Source: Eledone cirrhosa (Eukaryota). From it: DNA of 64,000 nucleotides. The translations under genes were made by a program, and so were the position numbers. The stretch lies in the NCBI GenBank assembly GCA_964016885.1, contig OZ024741.1, positions 79,670,001-79,734,000 on the forward strand, given 5' to 3'. Below are positions 1 through 13,884 of this stretch, piece after piece (the first letter of the stretch is position 1; each line of letters opens with the position of its first letter). The notes beneath the pieces are model-generated. The model saw only the letters and a list, made by a program, of their open reading frames with translations, was not told where the DNA came from and made no database searches.

Positions 1-182
1 ACTTCCAAATCTACTTCCATAAAAATAGCCTTTGACTTCACCAGTTATATGACTGTTTCAACATATCATTGATCGCTTCGATTACATTTTATTCTTGTCC
101 TGATTATTATTTCTACTTTGGTTTCGTTGTCTACTCCGCTTAACAATTATTTTGCTGTGAGACTCTGACAGAGACGTTTTCC

Positions 183-677
183 TGCATGCATTGCGATTTC
201 TTCAAGTTTCACTTGAAGCGGAAATCGGGGTTACCAGGTTAGGCTACACATTGCGAATAACGCAACTTTTCAAGACCTCGTAATAATTGTTTCTACTTTT
301 GGCACAAGGACAGCAATTACCCCAGTGCATTACTGGTACTTTATTTTATCGACCCTGTAAGGATGAAAGGGAAAGTTAACCTCGGCGGGATTTGAACTCA
401 GACCGTAAAGGGACGTAACTATGCTGGAAAGGATAGTGCCTGACCCTCTACTGATACTGCCAATCCACCGCAAATGACCTCATAATGATATTCTTATTTC
501 AATAGGGTTCTTTCCTTGACAAATCGAAATTTTAAACTAGCAAGTAGTCCAAATTAAAAGAAAAATAAGAATATTTGCATGAGGTCTTCAAAAATAGCAT
601 AGTCCGCAATGTCTAGCCTAACCTAGCAAATATGGTTTCCGCCACAAGTGAAATTTGAAGAAATAGTAATTCATGCA
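183..677. mobile_element. Degenerate MITE-like element with ~95-bp inverted arms (183-279 / 581-677), interrupted by a SINE
   Basis: tgcatgcattgcgatttcttcaagtttcacttgaagcggaaa...aggttaggctacacattgcg...caagacctc is the approximate reverse complement of gaggtcttc...cgcaatgtctagcctaacct...tttccgccacaagtgaaatttgaagaaat...catgca. Confidence 0.65.
281..471 (-). mobile_element. tRNA-derived SINE with Meta domain (octopus-type)
   Basis: Minus strand: GCGGTGGATTGGCAGTATC A-box-like head, GAGTTCAAATCC B-box, CCTTTCATCCTTACAGGGTCGATAAAATAAAGTACCAG central domain, (TTA) tail. Confidence 0.85.
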
Positions 678-1142
678 ATGGATTATTAGTAGCCGACATA
701 AAAGAACACAATGACATGATATTTTGTTTCTTTCAGTTATTCTAATCATTTAGTATTGATGAGTGTTCTATATAATAAATGTTAACACAGCACACGCCAA
801 CATTTTTATGGTTTCCAGCTGGTAAACCATTGATTCCGCTTTTTGCACTGCTGCAGCTGCTGTTGTTCATATTGCTGCAGAATATGGTGATGGTGCTTTG
901 GTTGATTTTGTTGCTGTTGTTCGTGATGAATAATATTTAGTCATCAATCTTGTTTTCAAGCTCTTAACTTTATTCCAGCCTTGTCTATACAAGTCTGTTC
1001 TTAGCCAAACGGTCCATTGTCAGTGAATGAAGACGGCATGCGTTTTTTTTCAGCTGTGAAAATCTATTGGAGGTGTCTGTGTGTGTCAAAATGTGGAAGT
1101 ATTTGTCACAGCTGTGTTTGTGTGTGCGAGCGTATCTGTGTG

Positions 1143-1174
<32 letters not shown>

Positions 1175-1337
1175 TGTATGTGTGTGTGCGAGTTTATCTG
1201 TATGTGTGTGTGTTCTGCTTCCATGATATACTGCATTACTGAATAAATCTATAGATTTTAGCTAACACGATGTGTATGTATACGTGTGTGTGGTGTGTGT
1301 GTATATTTATGTACATGTATGTACGTATGTATGTATA

Positions 1338-1748
1338 CGTCGCTCTCGAGTGCTACTGGTAACATGTAACCCAATACAACCTGTCGCATGGTCGGATCGT
1401 CTGTGACTTAACCGGCAACACCACCAAGCTTGCTTGGTGAGGAGGGTGATATTTGGACACCCTGCTGGATGAAATACAAGACCCGGCAAAGGGTGGAAGA
1501 ACTCAGCAGAGTCAACGGCCATCCAAAAAGTTATTTTCTTTTTCACCTGGGAGTGAAAGGCCCCCAGTTGTTGTCACAACACCTTTCTAGGAGAGGGAAA
1601 CTCTGGAAAAAAACCCTGCGGCTTCGGAAACATCTAATGATATTGACCTGTTCTCCTTTTCGGGTAGTGTTTTCGATGCTCAGAGAATGGGATTGGTTGA
1701 GTGCAAGGCCTTTCCCCACTTAAAAAACCTTCAAAGCACAAGCATTGC
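1338..1748 (+). mobile_element. Non-coding interspersed repeat resembling an RTE-LINE 5' UTR; second copy at 17552-18087
   Basis: Two homologous copies in the window; both contain the CTAGGAGA(A)GG(A/C)AA motif typical of RTE 5' UTRs. Confidence 0.55.
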
Positions 1749-1845
1749 TTGTTCAGGTTATGTTACAGGTTCGTGCGGTTGTAACTGTTGGCAATGTAGT
1801 TGGGTTTGTTGTTTTTTAACACCTGTTTAAACAGCACCACATCTA

Positions 1846-1992
1846 CACCTGCCAACCTCTAAATCCCAAACGGAAAAGAAGTGCTCCAAAACGGGGAGAA
1901 ATGAGGCAAAATGGGGAGATTTTACATAATGAAAGTTATTCCCAAAGTGGATGGGAGATCTCCCCGTCGGTCTTGGAGAGTTGGTAGGTCTG
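1846..1992. mobile_element. MITE with CA(G/C)ACCTGCCAAC-type TIRs; homolog at 22866-23057
   Basis: Ends cacctgccaac...gttggtaggtctg; same internal ggggagat motifs in the inverted copy at 22866 (cagacctgtcaac...gttgacaagtttg). Confidence 0.6.
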
Positions 1993-2970
1993 CCATATCG
2001 TCATAAGAGACCATGTTCATATCTATGATAATTTTAGATATACAAGAAGTCTGGTTGGTCAAGATTCTGATGTCTTTTATCCTAGATTTGCTTAATTAGA
2101 TCTTACCAGGGGTTTAAACGACGACAACAAGAACAACGTCATGCGTGGGTGAGTCCTCGGAAAAGCCGCTGTTTAGTCACTTCAATTGCTGACGCTGGAA
2201 GTAGAAATCTAATCTCTACGACTATGGCGGTTAAAATACACAGACATTCCGATTTTCTAAAAGCAAATTGAAAATCTTGGTTGTAGTTTTGTCGCAGATC
2301 AGCTGTAATCAAAAGCATTCTAATCTTGACAATCCCCCTCTCTTTCACGACTACATTATCTGATGTATTCCTCATATTTCATGATAGCAGAATGTAATCT
2401 TTTCTAGAAGATCGATCGATCGATCACACATGGGCCCTCCTTTTGTCTTAAGAAAACTTTAGTTGATTGTACTGGACAAGAAACAACAAGTTAAACTCGT
2501 AACATATAAACTTCTCACGAACATATTAACAAATTTTAGTTGTTGTTGTTGTTGTTGTGAGGCCAAGGTCCCAGCTGATCAAGGACATTCCAGCCATGAG
2601 CATTTCATCAGCATTTATGACTTCATTATCTAGGAAAAACTTCATTATTCAATGTCTTCTTTCTTGGGTCTGATTTGAGGAAAATTCGATTGTTATTTAT
2701 AGCAGTTCACTGATTACATTGTATGGATAAAAGACTTCTCATGAACATGTCACCCATTTTGGTTTTAGAAAGCATTTTGCAGAAATATTAAGAAAAATCA
2801 GAACTTTAGAAAATCTATTATCTTTGATCAAACGTAAAATTCTAGCTAATTCTTTTGTGCATTGCAAAAATATTGTCAAAGGCGGTCTTTTACAATATTT
2901 TGTTTTCTTTCTTTTCTATTTCTTCTTTTCCATCTTCAAACTTCGGAAGGGAATCGAAAAATATGAAATA

Positions 2971-3575
2971 ATAATTTCTGATTTAGGCACAAGGGGAATA
3001 ATTTTGGAGGAGAGGAAGTCCTTTAACTCGACTCCGATGCGTTACTGGACTTTATTTTATCGACCCCGTAAGAATTAAAAGCAAAGCTAACTTCAGCAGG
3101 ATTTGAACGTAAAGGGCCGTAACTATATGCTACAAAGCATGTTGTCCGACGCTCTAATAATAATTGCTTCTAGTTTTGGCACAAGGCCAGCAATTATCCC
3201 AGTGCATTGGTAATGGTACTTTGTTAATGAACAAACTTTGTTTTAACAGTGGACAAGTTAAAGAAACATTGTTGACAAGTTAAAGAAACATTTATTTCAA
3301 AATGATACAAATGTCTTAAAGAAACGTTATTTTGATAGTGGATTTTTTACTGTCACTATGAAAACAATGAAATTAAGGAACAAACGATTGGAGCGTCGGA
3401 CAACATGCTTTATGGCATAGAGTTACGGCCCTTTACGATCTGAGTTCAAATCCTGTCGCGTTAGCTTTATCTTTCATCGGGGTCGATAAAATAAAGTACC
3501 AGTAATGCATGGATCGATTTAGTCGACTTTCCCTTTCCCCAAAATTGTTGACATTGTGCCTAAAGTAGAAACCGA
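2971..3575. mobile_element. Cluster of Meta-SINE copies: 2971-3220 (-) and ~3390-3575 (+)
   Basis: B-box gagttcaaatcc and ggggtcgataaaataaagtaccag domain in both orientations. Confidence 0.8.
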
Positions 3576-3789
3576 TATTTTAACACTGGATTACCGTTGT
3601 TGAGAAACCACAGAACAAACAATGGTCAATACTATACGCCGTTATATACTGTAACTATATACTAGTTGTATACAGTTAGCCACTTCTAGCTTTAAAAGTA
3701 GAATGAAACGGTAGATACATATATAGGTGCATGCATGTATATGTATATGTTCATATATGTGTTTATGTATGTGTGTGCATATAGGTTTG

Positions 3790-6700
3790 TATGTGTGTAT
3801 GTATATGTGTAGACAAAATTCGTCTGCCTTGTGTGGCAGAATGTCAACGGAAAGAATCTATCTGGTGTCAAAACCCTTAAGCATAATTATGACAACCTAC
3901 CTCTGCACATACCTCGGTAATCACCCTGGCGCGCACTAAGGTCACTAGGAGATAAGGACTCCGAACTGTTACAGAATTCTTATAAGAGACAGAAAGTCTT
4001 ATGTGAAACCAAGCGACACATCGTAAATACCAGTTTGAAACCTGGCGTAAGATATAATTTTCTCTAGATGTGGTTCTTTACGCCGTGGTAGACAATCTAT
4101 CTAGTAATGGTGTCACGACAAACATCCCGGGGAGCAAAATCATTAAACCACAATACCTCAAATGAGTGAATATGTCAAATACATCGAATGTAGAAAGCGG
4201 CGTAATTAGGGATAGAAACTTAGGTGAAAGTTTTTCTCTCTGCAGGTGTCCCATTGTTCAGCAGGCTGGATCAGGTCGTCTTCAAAAGACTGCTGAAGTG
4301 AAGAAAGAGTTCAACAATATTGAAATGGAGTGGTACTTGCAAAGTAGGCAAGGAGTAAGGAGATACAAAAAACGAATGGACACTATCTGGAACGAGATAG
4401 GAGTGTTCCATGCAAGTGAAGCACAGTTAACTAGCCAGGCAAGATGCATACGAGAAAGAGGCTGGTTGTCACATGTAGAAATAGAGGAAATTGAAAGAAT
4501 GATTGAGAAAGCTGAAGGCAGTAGAGAAATGACAGAGATTGGGGATAGGCATCATAAGACAGAAACTGAAGAGCAAAACGAACGTGATTCTGTGTGGTTG
4601 AAGGAAATATGGCAGACAATGTTGATTTGTTGAAGAGAATACTGCAGCAGAAATTAGAAAGGAAATTAGTGATGAATAATAATCATAAATGTTTTGAAGA
4701 CGAAACTATAAAACCCAAGTAAACTTGAAGTAATTAACCTGATGGCAGCTGATAGAAAGAAGACTAGAGAGAAAACTAAGCTTGTCAACGAAGCTATAAA
4801 CACAATACAAACAAAAAACATTAGTGATACAAACCTCCTAGTATTTGCTGGGGCAAATGTAGCCAAATTGTTGGGAATTTTAAAACGATAAGGGACTAAC
4901 ATGCAGCCACATTGGAAGAGAACGATTCAAGACAATGTTACAAAATTGAGGAAGGATTTAAGCAAATTGGAGGAATAGAAAATTGGAAGGTTATAGAACA
5001 AATGGAAAAAAGTACTGGAAAGACAATATCATGCGAAGAATAAGGGAATTAATGCAGTGGTGAAGCGGGTGAAACAATGAATAAAAGCTAAGACTGCAAA
5101 ACTAAAGAAATACAGAGAAAGAAGTAACCAATACATACAGAATAGACTCTTCTAAATTAACCAAAAAAAGATATCTGAAAAACTGGAAGGAATCGAAAGG
5201 AACAAAGATGTAAGACCAGATGTAGAAGAAAGCATTGATTTTTTGAATAACATTTAGAGCAAATTTGTTTAACAAACTGGATAAAGAAGGCTCGGAAACA
5301 GGTAACAGGTGTACAGAAGCAAGGAAACATCAAAATAACAAAAGAGATGCTGAAATCCCAGTTGCGAAAGATGCCAAAATGGAAAGCAAGTGGGCCAGAT
5401 CATCTAAATGGGCACTGGTTAAAAACCTTCAGCAACCTACAAGATGTAATAACTACACAGATGAAGTCTTAAGTTCTGGAGAAACACCAAAATGGATGCC
5501 AAAAGGATGTACATCTCTGATACTGAAAGATGAAAGAAAGGGTAACGAAGTTTTAAATTTCAGATCAATTACATATCTTCTTTTGATGTAGAAGCGTCTT
5601 ACAGCAATATTAGCTGGAGGAATATATACGCACTTGGAGAGAGAAAATCTACTGAGGTGTAGGTGTAATAGCAGAGGAAGGAAAGACTAGCTGATGATTG
5701 ATAAAATGGTACTTGAGAGCTGCAAAAAGAGGCTCACTAATTTGTCCCTTGTTTGGATTGACTACAAGAAGGCTTATGACATGGTTCTGCATTCTTGGAT
5801 TCTTCACTGTTTGGATATTTTTCAGGTATCAGACAACATCCTTATAGAGGAATCAATGGCTAAATAGAAAGTAAAATTGACATCAGCTGGAGAAAGATTA
5901 GGGGAGGTGAAGATAAAGCAGGACATCTTCCAAAGAGACAGTTTATCACCAATTTTGTTTGTTGTTATAATAATACCAATGTCAGTTGTTCTTAATGGTG
6001 TGCCAATCAGAAACAGTCTAGGGAAAGATAGGAACAACGTCAATCATTTATTGTTTATAGATGATTTAAAATATACACTCGTAATGTAGAAGAGCTACAC
6101 ATCTTTCGTGCAAATAGTCAGAGTAATTTTCGAAGACATTAGGATGGAGTTTAGAATTTCAAAGTATGTAATGATACAGGTGAAGCGTAGACATATGGTA
6201 AGATGTGATGGAATCGAACTGCCAAACGGTGAAAGAATCAAGTCGCTGGAAACACACGAAGCATATAAATATCTAGCTGTGCTACAAATCCATAAAGGAA
6301 AAACCAAAAAATAAAAGAAATTGTCAGAAAAGAGTATTTCGAAGATTGAAGACGATCTTCAAGTTCAGTTTGAGTATAGTGGAAATACTATACAGGCAAT
6401 AAACGCCAGAGCTGTTTTATTAATCAGGTATAGGACAGGTATAGTAGAATGGACAAAAGTAGAGTTGAAGGAAATTCATCGAAAAACTATGAAAATGTTC
6501 ACTATCTATTGAAGTATGCACCTACAAGATGATGCAGACAGACTGTATAGGAAAAGAAAGGAGAGTGTAGGGAATGTTGAGTGTACTGGATGCTGTCATA
6601 ATAGAAGAAAGTGGTATGGGCTTCTACGTAAAAAATAAGAAAGAAAAGTTTATATTGGAGGTTGTCAGGGAAGGCATATTTGAGAAAAATGGAGACTCAG

Positions 6701-7260
6701 ACCACACAAAGACTGAGATTTCTGAAGAACGCAAAGAAGCATTTGATGAAAAGCCCCTGCACTCAGCATTCCTGAAGGAAACAAGAAATGTGTGTGATGA
6801 CAAAAATACTTGGTTATGGTTACGGAAAGGCTGCATTAAGAAAGAAACAGAAGGACTTATATTAGCAGTGCAAGATCACGCTATAAGAACAAGGTGGGTA
6901 ATGAAAAAAATAGACGAGAAAGATGGTCAAGTTGAATGCTGAATTTGTGAGGAGAAAGCAGAGACAGTTCATATCGTTTCAGAATTTAAGCAGTTAGTCC
7001 AGAATGATTATAAAAAAGTGCGGCATGATAAGGTGGCTTCCATGTTGCACTGGGGCTTGTATAAAAAGGAGGGATTTTCATGCGTAGAAAAAAAAAAGCT
7101 ATGAATATGGTATCACAAATGAAATGAAAGTGCTAGAGAACGATGAGATAAAGCACTAATGGGACTTCCCAATTCAGATCGAGATGAAGATTTAACATAA
7201 CAAACCAGATATTGCTGCAATTGAGAAGAAGAGAAACTGTATTCTCATAGATGTACCATT
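3790..7260 (+). pseudogene. Decayed near-full-length R4/Dong-clade non-LTR retrotransposon (RT + restriction-like endonuclease)
   Basis: ORF fragments include NFRSITYL, WIDYKKAYDMV (read from DNA at ~5755), IFQRDSLSPILF, HLLFIDDLK, KKETEGLILAVQD, CxxC..H..RHD and KPDI; many stops and frameshifts; 5' boundary approximate. Confidence 0.85.
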
Positions 7261-7831
7261 TCCCTCCGTTTTCAGACCACAAACCTGCACATAACCTAGT
7301 GTAAATATTACCTCACTATTATGCCTCGTTTTATAGTCCTTGGAATCCCACCACCAAAGTGACACTTTGGGTCAATTCCATTTATGATCACAGTGCCTTG
7401 AAAGTTGCGCGGTGAAAGACACTTGTCTTGTGTAGCCAAATGAAGCCCTCACTCTCTGCCTTTAGCCCAGAACTCCGCAGCCACAGTCGAGTCCACGATG
7501 AAGATCACCCAGTCACCTCCAGCCAAGTCCTCATCAACTTAAAGAGGAAAGTGAGGATAGAAAGGAAAGTACTACCACCTAGTGTGTGTTATGAAAGATA
7601 AGTGAGAGCGGCGAGATTGGCGAGACTAAAAAGGGCCTTCTCTGATTAATTAGGAGGAAAGTAACCGGTTGATTAAACTCTTAATGCCCGAGGAGCGGCA
7701 GAGTAATCTGGTGTTTTCTGTGAGATCCTCCCTGGAATTACCCCCAAAGTATTGGGAAACTGTTCCAAGTTGACATTTGTTAATTTTTTCTATTGTTATC
7801 ATGAAAATATATTACAATTACTATTATTGAG

Positions 7832-8070
7832 AGGACGGTAGATTGGTAATATCGGTAGAGCGTCAGACACCCTGCTTCGCGACAGAGAGTTATGGCCCTT
7901 TACGTTCAGAGTTCAAATCCCGTCGAGGTTAGTTTTGCCTTTCATCCTTACGGGGTCGATAAAATAAAGCACCAGTAAGTACTGGGGTCAATTTAATCGA
8001 GTCACCCCCCCCCCCACACACACACACTTCCAATTGCTAGCCTTGTGCCTAAAGTAGAAACAATTATTAT
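7832..8070 (+). mobile_element. Meta-SINE
   Basis: ggattggtaatatcggtagagcgtc...gagttcaaatcc...cctttcatccttacggggtcgataaaataaag...gccttgtgcctaaagtagaaacaattatt. Confidence 0.85.
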
Positions 8071-8074
8071 TATA

Positions 8075-8340
8075 CTTTATTTTTGTTTGGGGGGGGGGGG
8101 TTCCCTTTCCTTTACTTGATGTAAATCTCACTCTATGTTGTTTATGTCCTTCTATTGTCCCCAATGTCTTGGGCCCTTGTGACTAATAAAATAAATTATT
8201 ATCATTAGTTTTATTACCATCATGATGATCATCATCAGCAGCAGTATCATTATCACCATCACCACTAATAGTATTTGTTATTGGCCACAAGAGTCTAAAA
8301 TATTGGAGACAATACAAGGAAAGGAATGCAAATGATATTA
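8075..8340. mobile_element. Two short Tx1-like 3'-UTR remnants, tail-to-tail (+ ~8075-8200, - ~8275-8340)
   Basis: cccttgtgactaataaaataaattatt and its inverse tattggccacaagag resemble the 3' end cccttgtggttaataaagaaaacattatt of the Tx1 elements at 51590 and 63107. Confidence 0.4.
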
Positions 8341-8995
8341 GGATTAACAACAAAAACGTTCTTTATAAAAAAGGTAACAGCCAGTTCGGGTCAGTCAAGG
8401 TACCCCATAGATCCAGGATTCACAATAAAAATGACATGAGGGCATTTTTGGTTTTGGTTTGATTTTTTTTTTTTCTACCGTTTATCAAGAGAGAAAAGGT
8501 CATTACTTATAACCCTTTTAGAGGGTCCTCAAGACTGATGAAGTTGTGGAGGAAAGGTAGGAGGAAACCACAGTTCATATGTTGTTGTTTAGTCCCAGGC
8601 CCACGCTGATGGCGTAAACGTATGATAAAAAAAATCCATCTGTGATCATCCCGTCCTTATAAGTGAATGCAGTACTATATTCTCTGAATTGTCATTTTCT
8701 TATATAAAACGGTGAAGCGTGATTTGATTGAGATTTGGTCGTCGCTATTTTTAGCAAGTAGAGCCGCGTCATAGGACTTTCCTTGTTAGTTCGACCATAC
8801 ATCGGTTGTTGAAGAAAGAAGGAAGCAACACATCATGATATTGATTTTATCTTCAAATCTGAGATCTTGTCTGAATGTTTGCAACAGAATGGGTGCTACT
8901 AAATACACACAAGAAACAATGATATAACAAGAAAAGATACCCAAAATGCGATAGCCACGATAAAGGATGGAGACAACCATACATGTTGATTAGGG

Positions 8996-11358
8996 CAGAG
9001 GTTCTCAAACATTTTGGGCCATCGCCCCCCCCACCCCCCCCCCCCCTCATGGCCACGTAATTCCCTTAGCGTCCCCCAACACTATTTCCAGAGAGGCCTG
9101 CCTACACGCAAATTGTAAAAGGCTCAGCCTCGGAGAGCAATCTATGACTGGGGAGCTTTCAAGGAAGATAAGCTACAGAAGAGGTTCACAGTAGAAGTGA
9201 AGAGGTGGAGGAGAGTATGACGAGGAGGTACAGGCACTTCAGCAATGCAGTGGCAGAAGCAAGTGAGGCCCTGGTGCCGAGGAGAGAGAAGAAGAAAAAG
9301 AACGCCAGCTCTGCAGACCCAAACGTGTGTGCAGCCAGCGAACACATGAAAGCTGCCAAGGACCAATTCCATGCTAATCCTACAGAAGAGAGGAAGGAGA
9401 ATATGGAGGTGATGAAGAAAGAACTCTGTACCACTTACACTGAGGCCAGAGAGGAGGTGCTGATAGAGAAGATCAGAAGTGTGGAGAGTGCAGTTGACAG
9501 GTCTAGGTGTAAAGAGAGCTGGACGATCATCAACGAGATCACAGGGAGGAAGAGAAGGAGTCAGATCCATGGAACAGGGCCTGTGGATAGGAAGAGGAAA
9601 TGGCTGGACCATTTTAAGACCCTGCTTGGAGAGCCGCCTTCCACAGCTCAGAACACTGCGGAGATCAGGCAGCTGTTTGAGGAACTGGATATTGAGACAG
9701 GACCCTTCGCCAGAGAGGAGCTTCAGAGAGCCAAGAAGAAGATTAAAGAGGGCAAGGCCCATGGAGAAGATGGAGTGGCATCAGAGGTGATGAAGAGGTG
9801 TGATTTTGATGATATCATCCTGGAGTTCTGTAAGCAGGTACTGGAGAAGGGAGTTGCCACGAATCAGTGGAGGATCAGTAACTTCGCCCCAGTGCCAAAG
9901 AAGGGAGATCTCTCTAACACCAACAACTACAGGGGGATCTCACTGACGTCACTTGTGGCAAAGACCCTCAACAGGATGATTCTTAACAGGATCCAGCCTG
10001 ATATGGAGAAGAAGTTCAAGGACAACCAGAACGGCTTCAGAGAAGGAAGATCAACCACCAGTCACATCCTGATGCTGAGGAGGATATTAGAGGGAGCTAG
10101 AGCAAAGAGCCTTCCTGCTGTCATGGTTTTCATTGACTTTAGGAAGGCCTTTGATTCTGTGGACCGTCACTGCCTGATGAAGATCTTACAAGCTTATGGA
10201 ATCCCCAAGAAGATAATCACTGCTCTACACCAACACCAAAGTCCAAGTCATTACACCCGACGGGATGGCGGAGTTCTTTGAGATACTGGCTGGAGTGCTC
10301 CAGGGAGATACATTGGCTCCCTACCTTTGTATCATCGCAGTGTATGCGCCTTGCGCTGGAGAAACACCAGGACTCTGGCTTTACTGTAGAGCTAGCTCAG
10401 AGCAGGAGAGTTAAGGCTAAAAAGATATCAGATGCTGAATTTGCTGACGACATCGCTCTGGTGACAAACACAGTGAAGGGGACAGAGGAGTTGATACCGG
10501 AGGTGGAGACTGTGTCGATGAGTGTGGGGATGAAAATGAATGAGATTAAGACGAAGTATCTGGTAGAGAACATTAAGATTGTGAATGTATGCGGGAAGCC
10601 GTTAGAGTTGGTTGAGGACTTCCTGTGTCTGGGAGCAAAGATTGCGAACACAGAGGATGATGTGGTTGAGAGGAAGAGCAAAGCCTGGGCGGCGTGCCAC
10701 AGTTTGAGATCGGTGTGGAAGTCGGACCTTCATAAAGACCTGAAGATCTGTCTCTTCGTTGCTAGAGTGGAGTCTGTGCTACTGTAGGGGTCTGAGACTT
10801 GGACACTGACCAAGAAACTCATTCAGATGGTGGATGGGTGCTACACAAGAATGCTGAGGATGGCTCTGAACATTAATCAGTATACACTGAGGAGGAAGAA
10901 CTCAGAGCTGTATGAGAGCCTCCCAAAAGTCAGCTCGAACGTAACACAGAGGAGACTGAGGTTAGCTGGACATGCTCGCCGATATTCAAAGTTGACACTG
11001 CACTCAGTGCTCCTGTGAGAGCCCTTACATGGACACACTAGAAGAGGGAGACCGAGTTTGACATATATTGATGCCCTAAGGACAGACACTAGTCTCTGGG
11101 AGACGCAGGACATGGCGGCGATGATGAAGAACAGAGATCTCTGGAGAGAACTCGTCCATGGATAATGGGAATTTTACCGGCCCTAGATAGACAGATACAT
11201 ATGTATCATTTCATATTTAATATACTATCAAATCATCTCTAACCCCCCCCCCCCCCCACCCCACCCCACCACCACCACCACCATCCCCCCCGTATGCCCC
11301 AACACCCCCTGGACCTACCCAACGGGGGGGGAGGCACCGCCCACTTTGAGAACCTCTG
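8996..11358. mobile_element. hAT/Charlie-like MITE split by an RTE insertion
   Basis: Perfect 14-bp TIR CAGAGGTTCTCAAA (8996) / TTTGAGAACCTCTG (ends 11358); no clean TSD. Confidence 0.65.
9090..11197 (+). pseudogene. 5'-truncated RTE-clade LINE, reverse transcriptase region (frameshifted)
   Basis: ORFs 9205-10281, 10278-10787 and 10827-11018: PKKGDLSNTNNYRGISL, QNGFREGRST, FIDFRKAFDSV, GVLQGD (split by frameshift), FADDIAL, RRLRLAGH; (TAGA)n-like tail at ~11184-11197. Confidence 0.9.
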
Positions 11359-12042
11359 ATTATCTTGACAACAAAGACAAAGGCTCTAACGCAGTAGTAA
11401 GTTTTATCAGGACATATTTCTCAATAAGTAAATCAGAATAATACCACAGCAGGAGGTTTGCGGGATACATCTGTGTTATAGTATGTTCTTAAGGAAATCT
11501 CTAATTTCGCAGTTAGCCAATATTGAATGAAATCACACACACGCACACGTGCATTTTATTATGTGTGCGTATATGTGTGTATGCATATGTATATGCATAT
11601 AGTTGTGTATATATTTATATGTATATTTTTTTGTTTATATGTTTGTTCTTTGATTGCGATGATAAAATACAACACTAACAATCAGCTAATGTCGATATTA
11701 AAACAACTACGCGCGCGCGCGTGTGTGTGTGTGTGTGTGTATGTATGCATATACATAAGAGCAATATTTGTGTACATAAATACATATAGTTATCACTTAT
11801 AACAGAAGCACGTTACGATATGCCAGGATAAGCCTCCATTGTGTTAATTCATTGGGATATAATTCCTACCATGGACATAAATAAAGAAAATATTTTACTT
11901 CTATACACTGGGTATTAGTTTATTTTGTACATCTCATCATGGAAGATTTAATTAGACTAGAAATCGCCGCTTTGTATTTGTTTATATATTTGCTTATGCT
12001 TAGGTGATTTTGTGGGTGGGTTAGCTGGTAGATAGTTAGGCC

Positions 12043-12171
12043 CAGTGCCGGATTTAGAACAAATGAGGCCCTCTACTAGTTAAACATTTATTGGGGTTGG
12101 AAGATGGGTCCTCCTGGCCAACGGAGCTCCGTGCTTAAGCACACCTACGCACAATGGTTAATCCGGCACTG
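12043..12171. mobile_element. hAT-like MITE (129 bp)
   Basis: TIR CAGTGCCGGATT / AATCCGGCACTG; degenerate 8-bp TSD gttaggcc / gtcagacc. Confidence 0.7.
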
Positions 12172-12782
12172 GTCAGACCAATTAGATGCTAGAACTAGCT
12201 TAGAATTTGGCAGATGTGTAACGGGTATGACCGGATTTATCTGGGCGTGATGGGGGCGAATATCATGTACCTCCCCTCATCAAACAGGACCCTTTCTTCA
12301 AGGAGAACCCCCACTTCAAATACTGCTCCTGCTAACTTTTATCAATGATGGTGCTTGATGTGTATATATATTTATGTGTGTGTATGTGTGGTTATATACT
12401 GTGTGCGCGTGTGTGTGGTTATATGCTCAGTGTGTGTATGTGTGTGTGTGGGGGGGGGGGGGGGGGGGTACACAGTGATCATTCCTTTATGCCTCCATTA
12501 TTTCACATCATGACCCTAGTGAGCTGATGTATTTGAAGAAATTCAAATCCTTTCTCCTCTATTCGGTCTCTGTTGCCCCCCACCTCTCTCTCTCTATATA
12601 TAAACTAATCTCTACTCTCTCTTTTTGGATTGGATTTTACACTTACATATGATATATAACAAGATTTTAAAATAAATTTCAACACGCTGACGCGTATGTG
12701 TATGTGCGTGTGTGTATGTGCATATACATACATTTATATGTATGAGTATATAATTAAATACAGGATACCTAAATATGGAATA

Positions 12783-13520
12783 TTACGCGATGCACCCCCC
12801 CCCCCCCTCCACAGCCCCGGCGGACAGGATGGAGAAGGCGTTCCTACGGAGAACGGCAAGGAAGACGCGCTGGAAAAGCCACTCCAACTCGCGGGGTTCA
12901 CACCTACGGCTGGCTAGCTCAGTGCCTATGGTGGTGAGTAGGGAGGTAGCCCTAGGGCCGAGGACACCAGAAGTCTCTACTGCAAACCTGTCGGAGAGCG
13001 ACCGGTATTTGAGGAGCTTGGCCTCCTCAGCCCGACGTGCAGCAGAACCTGGGTTAGTCGCAGACTGCACCAGGTTGCGGCTGCAGAAAGTGTCGGTGCA
13101 AGTAGCATCCCAGACGAGGGGTTTTCCACCGCGGAACGGGAAGATGGTCATGCCATCTGGCCTTTTGCCGTCCTCTCGGTCCAGCCCCACCGGCTCGAGC
13201 TGGGAAGGGAAACCTGCAACGTCCAAGCCATGCTTTATGACCTCGTTGAGGGCAGCATGGCATGGAAGGCGACAGGAAAGCGGGTGGCGACAGGAAAGCG
13301 GGTGGAGGCCAAAAGAGTCCACGGTGGCTTCGCAGCGACATTGGTGTGGCTCGCAAATCCGGAGGCCGAGCCTCAAGGAAACGCCGATTCGCAGGCTATT
13401 GTTGTATTGTTGTCTAGCTGCGTGCCAGTGGAGAAGGCGGGCAGGGCATGGAGCTAGGCACCACTGTGGGGTTTGGAGGCCGCACGAAAGCAGGCAAGGC
13501 GGTGCTGGTCGAGCTGGCGC
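12783..13520 (-). pseudogene. 3' fragment of a CRE-type non-LTR retrotransposon (zinc knuckle + restriction-like endonuclease)
   Basis: LRIGVSLRLG..CxC..D..G.H.LSC..H..LN, KRPDG, WDAT, E..K..KY, FAVETSG.LG motifs in ORF 12783-13733. Confidence 0.8.
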
Positions 13521-13822
13521 GTGAGCCTGTCTGAGGCCAGGCTGCACTGGATGGCATCCCAAGTGCTTTGGGGGGGGGGGGGGGGGCTTGACGTCAACAG
13601 GAGGAGAAGGAGAAGGGAGGTCTACTGGGCTAAGTCCCAGCCGGTCCCACGTCTCACAGGCGGCCTCACGTTTTCTGAACACAGAGAGTTCTATTGTGTT
13701 TTGATGAACCCAGCTGACGAGGACGCGGCACAAACGAAGGACACAGTATATATGTGTCTGTGTATATATCTATATATTCAGAATATTAATAAATGAAGAC
13801 ATTCACATAATAAAAATATATG

Positions 13823-13884
13823 TTTTATTATATATATTTCGAAGGTACTGTGTTGTTTTTTCAGTGCGTCCTCGTCAGATAAAA
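13823..13884 (-). ncRNA. Minimal type I hammerhead ribozyme (Penelope-type)
   Basis: Minus: ttttat CTGACGA G-gacgcactg..cagtacctt-C GAAA TATATA TA ataaaa; stem I 6 bp, palindromic stem III. Confidence 0.7.

Noticed and set aside
1370-1470. HDV-like ribozyme in the RTE-UTR-like repeat
   Set aside because: Hairpins exist (acc..ggt, accaag..cttggt) but P1, P1.1, P2 and the catalytic C strand could not be assigned.
12775-13524. 249-aa plus-strand ORF (and similar antisense ORFs over the RTE, Penelope and Tx1 elements)
   Set aside because: Antisense shadows of GC-rich retroelement coding sequence with no independent motifs.
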